From: Armatimonadota bacterium
GTDB taxonomy: Bacteria > Sysuimicrobiota > Sysuimicrobiia > Sysuimicrobiales > Humicultoraceae
Reading direction: 5' to 3'
NCBI GenBank assembly: GCA_052386995.1
Contig: JBQTJP010000275.1
Location: 1-32,018, forward strand
Length of the DNA stretch: 32,018 nucleotides
Below, piece after piece: positions 1 to 6,752 of the stretch. The first letter of the stretch is position 1; every line of letters begins with the position of its first letter. A program made the position numbers and the translations under genes. The notes below the pieces were generated by a model that was given only the letters and a program-made list of their open reading frames with translations, was not told where the DNA came from and did not search any database.

Positions 1-520
1 GAAAGACGCCCAGATAGATCGCCCGCCCCACGGGGACCTCGCGCAGCCACCGCAGGGTGAACACGACCGCCCCTGTCGCTTCGATCGCGAGCGCCAGGAT
101 CACGATCCGCCGGGTGAACCGCACGACCCCGCCCATCTCGTACAGGTTGTGGGCCTGGGTCATGATCACGCGCTCGCGCAGCCCGATCCGCCACCCCATG
201 ATCAGCGCCAGCAAGGCCCAAGAGGTCATATACCCAAATCCGCCGAGCTGGATGAGGAACATGATGACGAGCTCGCCGAATTGAGAGTAGTGGTCGGCGG
301 TATCGACAACGACGAGCCCGGTCACGCACGTGGCGGAGTTGGCGGTGAACAGCGCGGTGAGGAACGGTGTGGGACGTCCCGATTCGGAGGCGATGGGAAG
401 GCTCAACAATATCCCGCCCGTCAGAATGAGGGCGGCAAAACCGAGAATGACGGTCTGGGCGGGGCTGAGTGTCGGCCGGAGCGTCGCGAGGCGTCGCGGA
501 AGGGCGAGGGTCCGGGCCAT
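1..520 (-). CDS. TrkH/KtrB-family potassium uptake membrane subunit (3' end runs off the window)
   Basis: Not in the ORF track; translated by hand from ATG at 520: MARTLALPRRLATLRPTLSPAQTVILGFAALILTGGILLSLPIAS...FTANSATCVTGLVVVDTADHYSQFGELVIMFLIQLGGFG. SAxCVTGL and LIQxGGxG are Trk/Ktr pore-loop motifs. Confidence 0.92.
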   Translation of the reverse strand, partial: MARTLALPRRLATLRPTLSPAQTVILGFAALILTGGILLSLPIASESGRPTPFLTALFTANSATCVTGLVVVDTADHYSQFGELVIMFLIQLGGFGYMTSWALLALIMGWRIGLRERVIMTQAHNLYEMGGVVRFTRRIVILALAIEATGAVVFTLRWLREVPVGRAIYLGVF

Positions 521-529
521 CGGCCGCGG

Positions 530-889
530 CTAGGTGCCCAGACGCTCCTTGGCTCGTGCCACCAGCGCGTCAAAGGCCGCCGGGTCGCGGACCGCCAGGT
601 CGGCAAGCACCTTACGGTTCACGGCGATGCCGGCCTTGCGAAGCCCGCTGATCAGGCGACTGTAAGACACGCCACTGCCGCGCGCGGCGGCGTTGATGCG
701 TACGACCCACAAGCGCCGGAACTGCCGCTTCCTCAGGCGCCGGTCGACCAGAGCCTGCGCCAGCGCTCGGGTGACGTATTGATTGGCGAGCTTGTACCAG
801 CGGCTCTTGGCGCCGCGGAACCCCCGCGCCAGGCGAAGGATCTTCTTGTGCCGGCGCCGGACCGTAACGCCGCGCTTGATGCGAGCCAT
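530..889 (-). CDS. rplT: 50S ribosomal protein bL20
   Basis: [26 protein letters not shown]...[18 protein letters not shown]...NRKVLADLA. Start moved to ATG 889 (119 aa). Confidence 0.98.
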   Translation of the reverse strand: MARIKRGVTVRRRHKKILRLARGFRGAKSRWYKLANQYVTRALAQALVDRRLRKRQFRRLWVVRINAAARGSGVSYSRLISGLRKAGIAVNRKVLADLAVRDPAAFDALVARAKERLGT

Positions 890-961
890 GATCGTCCCAC
901 CTTCAGCCCAATCCGGCAGCGCACAGCGCAGCCGCATCGGGCACCCCATGAGATTGTCCAA

Positions 962-1156
962 TCAGGAGCCGGACAGCAGCCTCCGCACCTGCGCTTCATC
1001 GGCCGGGTGAACACGAACGACGTGGCGGAGAGAGCGCTTCCTCTTTGGGCGCTTCTTGACTTTGAGGTGCCCGGCGTGCTGGCGTCTGCGCATCAACTTC
1101 CCCGATCCCGTGACGCCGATCCGCTTGGCCGTTCCCTGGTGCCGCTTGGTTTTCAC
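962..1156 (-). CDS. rpmI: 50S ribosomal protein bL35
   Basis: 64-aa basic protein (KTKRHQGTAKRIGVTGSGKLMRR...HL) with GTG start, lying between infC and rplT. Confidence 0.95.
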   Translation of the reverse strand: MKTKRHQGTAKRIGVTGSGKLMRRRQHAGHLKVKKRPKRKRSLRHVVRVHPADEAQVRRLLSGS

Positions 1157-1171
1157 GAGTTGACTCCCGGC

Positions 1172-1687
1172 CTATGACCCCTTCTTTGGGGTCAGGATCA
1201 TGATCATGTTGCGTCCCTCGAGGATCGGCGTGCGCTCGACGATCCCCACGTCGACCACGGTCTGGGCAAGTCGCTGCAACAGGACCTCGCCGACTTTGGG
1301 ATGCGCCATCTCGCGCCCCCGAAACCACATCGCGACGCGCACTTTGTTGCCGCCCTTCAAGAACTCCTGCACCTGCCGGGCCTTGACCTGAAAATCGTGC
1401 TCGCCGATCTTCGGGCTCATCCGCATCCCCTTGAGATCGGCGGCCCGGCTCTTCCGGTGAGCGTCGCGGTCGCGCTTGCTCTGCTCGTACTTGAACCGCC
1501 CAAAGTCCATGATCTTGGCGACGGGCGGCGTGGCGGTTGGGGCGATCTCGACCAGATCCAGCCCGTCCTCCTGGGCCTTGGTCAGCGCGTCCCGCGTGGG
1601 CACGATGCCAAGCTGCTCCCCGTCACGGCCGATCAACCGAACGTCACGCGCTCGGATCCGTTCGTTAATCCTGATGTCGCGCTCGAT
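1172..1687 (-). CDS. infC: Translation initiation factor IF-3, non-canonical ATC start
   Basis: Frame extends upstream of the tracked ORF as ATC-ERDIRINERIRARDVRLIGRDGEQLG. AAGGAGG lies 10 nt before the ATC and an in-frame TAA lies 6 codons upstream. Motifs PPVAKIMDFGRFKYE and FRGRE present. Confidence 0.96.
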   Translation of the reverse strand: MERDIRINERIRARDVRLIGRDGEQLGIVPTRDALTKAQEDGLDLVEIAPTATPPVAKIMDFGRFKYEQSKRDRDAHRKSRAADLKGMRMSPKIGEHDFQVKARQVQEFLKGGNKVRVAMWFRGREMAHPKVGEVLLQRLAQTVVDVGIVERTPILEGRNMIMILTPKKGS

Positions 1688-1750
1688 GCCCTGTCGCCCT
1701 CCTTAGATAGCTATACTGCTGGTTCCGCGACGCTACGGCCTGTCGCGGGT

Positions 1751-1781
1751 AAAGTAAAACAGGGACGGCAGAAGCCATCCC
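1751..1781 (-). terminator. Intrinsic terminator of the infC leader (attenuator)
   Basis: GGGAUGGC-UUCU-GCCGUCCC stem (one G-U pair) followed by UGUUUUACUUU. Confidence 0.8.
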
Positions 1782-1865
1782 CGCGAACATCCAGCGGCCC
1801 ACGGCGACCCGAGACGCACCTCGTCAGGACGGGCACTCGGGTGAGAAGCGGATGGCTTCTACTTC
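1751..1865 (-). promoter_or_regulatory. L20 ribosomal leader / transcription attenuator (Firmicutes L20_leader-like)
   Basis: Minus strand AGAAGC-CAUCC-GCUUCU hairpin followed by CACCCGAG...CUCGGGU stem. Alternative 11-bp helix 1850-1860/1770-1780. Downstream terminator. Located upstream of infC-rpmI-rplT. Confidence 0.85.
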
Positions 1866-1884
1866 CAGCCGCACGACTCTGCGG

Positions 1885-1913
1885 AGTATAGCACTGAGGG
1901 TCGGGAGCGTCAA
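1885..1913 (-). promoter_or_regulatory. Sigma70/SigA promoter of the infC operon
   Basis: TTGACG (1913-1908), 17-nt spacer ending TGc, TATACT (1890-1885). Confidence 0.85.
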
Positions 1914-1919
1914 TGTTGT

Positions 1920-1928
1920 TGTTATAAT
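1920..1928 (+). promoter_or_regulatory. Extended -10 promoter for mlaEFD (probably leaderless transcript)
   Basis: Perfect TG-T-TATAAT. ATG of mlaE follows after a 7-nt gap, with no SD. Confidence 0.75.
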
Positions 1929-1935
1929 GAAGCGT

Positions 1936-2739
1936 ATGCGCGGGCAGCCCCCCGCTTCCCGAACAACCGACTCGTCCCTGGCCGCCCTCGGTAGGGCGGT
2001 TCTGCACGCGCTCGCGCAGACCGGGCGCGCTTCCCTGATGCTGGTGTCGGCTTTTCGATCGATCGTGCGTGGCCACCTGGAGCTGCGCCAGTCGATCGTT
2101 CAGATCACCCGCATCGGAGTGGGTTCCGTGGGGCTCATCTTCGTCACCGGCCTCTTCTCCGGAATGGTCCTGGCGCTCCAATCCTCCCGGCAGTTGATCG
2201 AATTCGGCGCGGAGGCGTTCATCGGCGGACTGGTCGGCCTCTCCCTGGCCCGCGAGGCCGCCCCGGTCTTCACGGCCATCGTGGTCGCCGGCCGTGCGGG
2301 CGCCGGTATGGCCGCGGAGATCGGGACGATGACCGTGACCGAACAGGTCGATGCCCTGCGCGTCCTGGCGACCGATCCTGTACGTTACTTGGTCGTGCCG
2401 CGGCTGATCGCGGCCGCGTTCGCGCTCCCGGTCCTGACGATCTTCGCCAACCTGGTCGGCGGGGTCGGCGGGTATGCGGTAGCCACGGCCACGGCCGGCA
2501 TCAACAGTGACCAGTACCTGGCGGCCGTGCAGCGGTTCGTGCTCCCCTACGACCTGCTCGCGGGACTGATCAAGACGGTCTTCTTCGGCCTCATCATCGC
2601 CGCGGTCGGCTGCTTTCGGGGGCTGTACGCGACCGGGGGGGCCGACGGCGTCGGCCGGGCCACCACCGGGGCCGTCGTCGCCGCGATCGCGTGGATCCTC
2701 GTGGTCAACTACTTCCTCGACCTGATCTTCTTCACGTGA
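1936..2739 (+). CDS. mlaE: MlaE-family ABC transporter permease
   Basis: REAAPVFTAIVVAGRAGAGMAAEIGTMTVTEQVDALR...DPVRYLVVPR and GGADGVGRATT motifs. Start placed at ATG 1936 because of the promoter position. Confidence 0.93.
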   Translation: MRGQPPASRTTDSSLAALGRAVLHALAQTGRASLMLVSAFRSIVRGHLELRQSIVQITRIGVGSVGLIFVTGLFSGMVLALQSSRQLIEFGAEAFIGGLVGLSLAREAAPVFTAIVVAGRAGAGMAAEIGTMTVTEQVDALRVLATDPVRYLVVPRLIAAAFALPVLTIFANLVGGVGGYAVATATAGINSDQYLAAVQRFVLPYDLLAGLIKTVFFGLIIAAVGCFRGLYATGGADGVGRATTGAVVAAIAWILVVNYFLDLIFFT

Positions 2740-3539
2740 GCGATCCGCCGGTGAGCCTGGTGACCCCCTCCACCTCCCTGCCGCAGCCGGCCCCCACGCC
2801 GGGCGAGGCGGTTGTGACGGTGCGCGACGTGTGGAAGTCGTTCGACGACCGGGTCGTGCTCGCGGGGGTCTCTCTGGAAGTGCCGCGGCAGGAGATCCAG
2901 GTGATCATGGGGACAAGCGGCTCCGGCAAAAGCGTCCTGCTGCGGCATCTGGTTGGTCTCCTGCGGCCCGACCGCGGGCAGGTGCTGGTCTTCGGCCAAC
3001 CCGTGCATGCGCTGGCCGGTCGCGCGCTGGACGCCCTGCGCGTGCAGATCGGCATGGTCTTTCAGTCGGCGGCGCTGTTCGACTCACTCAACGTCGGAGA
3101 GAACGTAGCGTTTCCCCTGCGGCGCCACACCCAGCAGTCCGAAGGGGAGATCGCCCGCCAGGTCAGCGAGCTGCTGGCGCTGGTCGAACTGGAGGGCACC
3201 GAGGAGGCCATGCCCTCGGCGCTGTCCGGCGGGATGCGCAAGCGCGTCGGCATCGCGCGCGCCCTGGCGCTGCGGCCGTCGCTCATCCTCTATGACGAGC
3301 CCACGGGCGGGCTGGATCCCATCACGGCTCGGACGGTGGACGATCTGATCCTGCGACTCCGGAAGGAGTTGGGCGGCACCGCGGTCGTCGTCACGCACGA
3401 TCTGGACAGCGCCCGGCTGCTCGGCGATCGCTTCGCGGTGATGGAGGCCGGTGAGTTCGCGGCGACGGGCCGGTGGGAAGAGATCGCCGCCTCGAAGAAT
3501 CCCTTCGTGCACCGCTTCCTGACGAGCATGCCGAGGTGA
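2736..3539 (+). CDS. mlaF: MlaF-family ABC ATP-binding protein
   Basis: Walker A GTSGSGKS, FQSAALFDSL, signature LSGGMRKRV, Walker B ILYDEPT, H-loop VTHD. GTG 2736 overlaps the mlaE stop (GTGA); start could be 2751. Confidence 0.93.
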   Translation: MSDPPVSLVTPSTSLPQPAPTPGEAVVTVRDVWKSFDDRVVLAGVSLEVPRQEIQVIMGTSGSGKSVLLRHLVGLLRPDRGQVLVFGQPVHALAGRALDALRVQIGMVFQSAALFDSLNVGENVAFPLRRHTQQSEGEIARQVSELLALVELEGTEEAMPSALSGGMRKRVGIARALALRPSLILYDEPTGGLDPITARTVDDLILRLRKELGGTAVVVTHDLDSARLLGDRFAVMEAGEFAATGRWEEIAASKNPFVHRFLTSMPR

Positions 3540-3546
3540 GGCTGGC

Positions 3547-4956
3547 ATGACGACCGAGACCAAAGCGGGACTGTTCGCCGTCGCGGGGATTGCCGTCCTG
3601 CTGGCGTCGATCATCCTCATACGTGGGGGCTTTCAGTTCCGCGAGCGCGGCTACGAGCTCAAGCTGCGCATGACCAACGCTCAGGGGATTACCGCCGGCG
3701 CGCCGGTGCTGATGGCCGGCATCGAGGTCGGGCGCGTGAAGCGCCTCGGGCTCACCCCGGAGCGCCGCGCCGAGCTCACCCTGCGGATCCGCGAGGGCGT
3801 GACCATCCCCGCCGGCTCGCGGTTCGCGACCGCCACTGCCGGCGTGCTCGGCGATCGGTTCATCGCCATCTCGCCGGGGCCGATTGACGCCCCGCCCCTC
3901 CCACCCGACAGCGTCGTCGTGGGGAGCGATCCGTTCACCCTGGAGCAGCTTTTTGACCGGCTCTCGGTGGTGGCGCGCCGCGCGGAGGAGACGCTGGTCA
4001 GCATCAACCGCCTGGTCAGCGACCCGAAGCTCGCCTCGGACATCGGCGAGACCGTCCGCAACGCGCGGGAGGCCACCGCCGTGGCGCGTCAGGTCGCCGA
4101 GAACGTGCAGCGCATGACCCGGTCGCTCGAGCAGTCTGTGGCCACCGAGGTGCCGGCGATCGCCCGGGAGCTGCGTGCGATGGCCGCCGACCTGGCCGGG
4201 GCGGCCCACGAGATCAGAACGCTGGTCAAGGATGTCTCGGCGGACGGCGAGACGGCCCGGCAGATCCGGGACACGCTCGGCAGCGTGCAGCGCGCCGCGG
4301 GACGAATGGACAAGATGGCCCAGGACCTCTCGGGCCTGGTGAATGAAGAGCAGATCCGCTCGATCAGAAGGACGATTGCCGAGGCCCAATCGGCGGTCTC
4401 AGAGGCGCGGCAGGGCCTGACGGATGCGCGGCAGGGCGTCGCGGAGGTCCGCCAGGGCGTCGCAGAGGCGCGGGCGGTCGTGGGCCGCGCCGGCGCGGCG
4501 ATCGACCGCGTCAACAAACTCATTCCTGAACGGTTGGGGGACGTTCCGGGCCTGGGACTCCGGGCCGTCCTGCGGCTCGACTACGAGCTCTGGTACGCGG
4601 GAACCCGCGCCGGGCATGACGTGCGGCTCTCGCTGCTGCCAACGGGCGCCCGGCAGTACATCTTCACCTGGCGCGACGTGGGATTCAGCAACCGGCTCGG
4701 CCTGCAGATCGGGCAACGGCTGGAGAACTCGCAGATGACGGTACGCTACGGTCTGATCGACGGACAGATCGGGGTCGGGCTCGACTACGGGACCGCTCCG
4801 GGGACCGTGGTGTCCCTCGACCTCTACAATATCAACTCGCTCACCCTCAACGTCTACACGTACTACTTCCTCAGCAACGAGTACGCCATCTCCCTGCGCG
4901 GCACGAACCTCCTGAACCAGCCCACGCTGGGGATCGGCGTCCTCCGGCGCTTCTAA
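3547..4956 (+). CDS. mlaD: Long MlaD/MCE protein: TM helix, MCE domain, coiled coil, C-terminal beta-barrel-like domain
   Basis: N-terminal TM helix, MCE motifs (GITAGAPVLMAGIEVGRV, GVLGDRFIAISPG), about 190 aa of helical heptads, then about 130 aa of amphipathic beta strands ending in Phe. Confidence 0.9.
   Translation: MTTETKAGLFAVAGIAVLLASIILIRGGFQFRERGYELKLRMTNAQGITAGAPVLMAGIEVGRVKRLGLTPERRAELTLRIREGVTIPAGSRFATATAGVLGDRFIAISPGPIDAPPLPPDSVVVGSDPFTLEQLFDRLSVVARRAEETLVSINRLVSDPKLASDIGETVRNAREATAVARQVAENVQRMTRSLEQSVATEVPAIARELRAMAADLAGAAHEIRTLVKDVSADGETARQIRDTLGSVQRAAGRMDKMAQDLSGLVNEEQIRSIRRTIAEAQSAVSEARQGLTDARQGVAEVRQGVAEARAVVGRAGAAIDRVNKLIPERLGDVPGLGLRAVLRLDYELWYAGTRAGHDVRLSLLPTGARQYIFTWRDVGFSNRLGLQIGQRLENSQMTVRYGLIDGQIGVGLDYGTAPGTVVSLDLYNINSLTLNVYTYYFLSNEYAISLRGTNLLNQPTLGIGVLRRF
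4381..4485 (+). repeat. Five degenerate 21-nt (heptad) tandem repeats within mlaD
   Basis: EAQSAVS / EARQGLT / DARQGVA / EVRQGVA / EARAVVG, visible in the DNA as recurring cagggc units 21 nt apart. Confidence 0.8.
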
Positions 4957-4963
4957 CCGCCCA

Positions 4964-4997
4964 CAAAGATAGAGAGCACTGCTGCTCGGCAGTGCTC
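4964..4997 (-). terminator. Intrinsic terminator hairpin between mlaD and the Lys-rich small ORF
   Basis: Perfect 9-bp stem GAGCACTGC (4974-4982) / GCAGTGCTC (4989-4997) with a 6-nt loop. A pyrimidine tail UCUAUCUUUG follows on the minus strand. Confidence 0.75.
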
Positions 4998-5019
4998 CCG
5001 ACGTTCACGTTCTCTGGTC

Positions 5020-5052
5020 TTACTTCTTCTTCTTGGCCTTTTTCTTCGCCAT
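5020..5052 (-). CDS. Candidate 10-aa lysine-rich microprotein MAKKKAKKKK
   Basis: ATG GCG AAG AAA AAG GCC AAG AAG AAG AAG TAA. GAGAGGGGAGG SD 10 nt upstream; candidate promoter upstream and terminator downstream. Confidence 0.65.
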   Translation of the reverse strand: MAKKKAKKKK

Positions 5053-5126
5053 TTGAGCCTTGCCTCCCCTCTCGCGCCGACGTCGGGGCCGGATCATTTC
5101 GTCCGCCCCGCCTTCGGGATGCGAAT

Positions 5127-5153
5127 ATTCGCTCACCGAAGAATTTTTCCTGC
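5127..5153 (-). promoter_or_regulatory. SigH (Spo0H)-type promoter upstream of the Lys-rich small ORF
   Basis: GCAGGAAAA-11 nt-AGCGAAT matches the B. subtilis sigmaH consensus RNAGGAWWW-N11/12-RNNGAAT. An AT-rich tract at 5171-5185 sits in UP-element position. Confidence 0.6.
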
Positions 5154-5324
5154 TGATTTCATCTATGCACAGAAAAAAATTTTCTCAGACGTATTGCATC
5201 ACCGCTTCAAGGTCCACGATGACGGCGCGCGCGTCTCCGAACGGGACAACGTTACGATCAAGGGAGTACGCAGGGCGTTCCGGGGCCGTGCGAAGTCTTG
5301 AAGGCGCGATTTGACTACGACGGT

Positions 5325-6455
5325 TTAGAGAGCCAGCACCGCGCGGAACGCCTCGATCACCACCGGAACATCATCGAGCGTCACGTGCCGGTTGGTCACC
5401 AACCGCATCCTGTGGGGGCTCATGACGCCGACCTTGACGCCGCGGTTGCGGAGTTCGCCCGCGTACTGCCGGGCGTCGCGGTCGCCGAGATCGACGCGGA
5501 CCATGTTCGACTGCACCCGCGCCAGGTCGACAGACGCTCCCGGCAGCGCGGCGAGGGCCTCGGCCAGCGCCCGGGCGACGCGGTGGTCGTCGGCCAGGCG
5601 GTCCACCATCTGTTCCAGCGCCACGATCCCGGCCGCGGCGATCACGCCGGCTTGGCGCATCCCGCCGCCGACCATCTTGCGGAAGCGCCGCGCCCGGGCG
5701 ATGAAGTCGGCGTCGCCGCACAGCACCGAGCCGACCGGCGCCGAGAGCGCCTTCGACACGCAGAACGTCACCGAGTCGGTGTTCGCGGCCAGCCGGCTGG
5801 CCGGAACGCCGAGGGCGACCGCGGCATTGAACAGGCGCGCGCCGTCTAAGTGCACTTTGATCCCGTGCCGGTGCGCGGCGGCGGCGAGGTCGTCGATCTG
5901 CTCGGCCGTCGCCACGGTGCCACCGTGGCGGTTGTGGGTGTTCTCGATGACCACCACGCGTGTGGGCGGAAAGTGCACGTCCGGCGGACGCAGGGCGGCC
6001 TCGAATTGGGCGGGGCTGATGATGCCCCACTCCGTCGGCAGCGGCCGCGGATGACAACCGGCGACCGCGGTCATCGCGCCCGCCTCGTGCAGGTACGTGT
6101 GCGCCTCGGAATCCAGGATCACCTCGTCGCCTTTCTCGGTGTGCGCCATCATGGCGATGAGGTTCGCCATGGTCCCGGTCGGCACGAAGACCGCCGCGGC
6201 CTTCCCAGTACGTTGTGCCGAGAGAGCTTCCAACGCATTGACCGTGGGATCCTCGCCGTAGACATCGTCGCCGACTTCCGCGCGGGCCATCGCCTCGCGC
6301 ATGGCGTCGGTCGGCTGTGTAATCGTGTCGCTGCGGAGGTCAATGACGCGGCGCGCGGTCTCCGCGGCCACCGCGCGGCCCGGCGCGGCGGCCGGCTCGT
6401 GCGCGACGGCGCGGACGCCGGCTCCCGCGGAGCGGCCCGGGACTCTAGACTTCAT
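5325..6455 (-). CDS. ltaE: Low-specificity L-threonine aldolase (PLP-dependent)
   Basis: IDLRSDTIT, VGDDVYGEDPTV, PTGTMAN, ENTHN, HLDGARLFNA, PLP-lysine FCVSKALSAPVGS, GGGMRQAG. Start uncertain (ATG 6455 or GTG 6371). Confidence 0.93.
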   Translation of the reverse strand: MKSRVPGRSAGAGVRAVAHEPAAAPGRAVAAETARRVIDLRSDTITQPTDAMREAMARAEVGDDVYGEDPTVNALEALSAQRTGKAAAVFVPTGTMANLIAMMAHTEKGDEVILDSEAHTYLHEAGAMTAVAGCHPRPLPTEWGIISPAQFEAALRPPDVHFPPTRVVVIENTHNRHGGTVATAEQIDDLAAAAHRHGIKVHLDGARLFNAAVALGVPASRLAANTDSVTFCVSKALSAPVGSVLCGDADFIARARRFRKMVGGGMRQAGVIAAAGIVALEQMVDRLADDHRVARALAEALAALPGASVDLARVQSNMVRVDLGDRDARQYAGELRNRGVKVGVMSPHRMRLVTNRHVTLDDVPVVIEAFRAVLAL

Positions 6456-6735
6456 GAGATCGGCTGGCAGCGTACATGCCGATGCCGCGTCCGGCGACCG
6501 CGGACCCGACGTACGCCATCACGATGAACATCGCAAACTTGATGCCGAGCGTAATGAGCGCGGCGTTGGCCTCCACGACCCGACGATCGCCGCTGAGCTG
6601 CCCCAGCACACCGGCGCCTATCAGATCGCGATACGCCAGCACGAAAACGACAATCAAGAACACGATCCCCACCAGGAAGACCACGATGCCGAGCCACTTG
6701 CCGGAGCCATCTTCCTCGGGCCGACCCATCTGCAT
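6445..6735 (-). CDS. Small hypothetical membrane protein, two TM helices (96 aa)
   Basis: GGGGAGG SD 6 nt before ATG 6735; two hydrophobic segments; fits operon spacing. Confidence 0.8.
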   Translation of the reverse strand: MQMGRPEEDGSGKWLGIVVFLVGIVFLIVVFVLAYRDLIGAGVLGQLSGDRRVVEANAALITLGIKFAMFIVMAYVGSAVAGRGIGMYAASRSHEV

Positions 6736-6752
6736 GCGCTGCCTCCCCAAAT

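Noticed and set aside
890..961. 24-aa N-terminal extension of L20 given by the ORF track
   Set aside because: The conserved L20 start MARIKRG at 889 has its own purine-rich upstream sequence; the extension is intergenic hairpin sequence.
4381..4485. 21-nt repeats here and at 21493-21576 as a CRISPR array
   Set aside because: Degenerate, in frame inside coding genes, without spacers, and with no cas genes in the window.
5020..5052. Lysine-sensing attenuator leader peptide
   Set aside because: There is no same-strand gene downstream of the terminator (mlaD is convergent) and no antiterminator is apparent.
5053..5314. Plus-strand ORFs 5053-5301 and 5060-5314
   Set aside because: No SD, atypical composition, and they cross AT-rich regulatory sequence better explained as the minus-strand promoter region.
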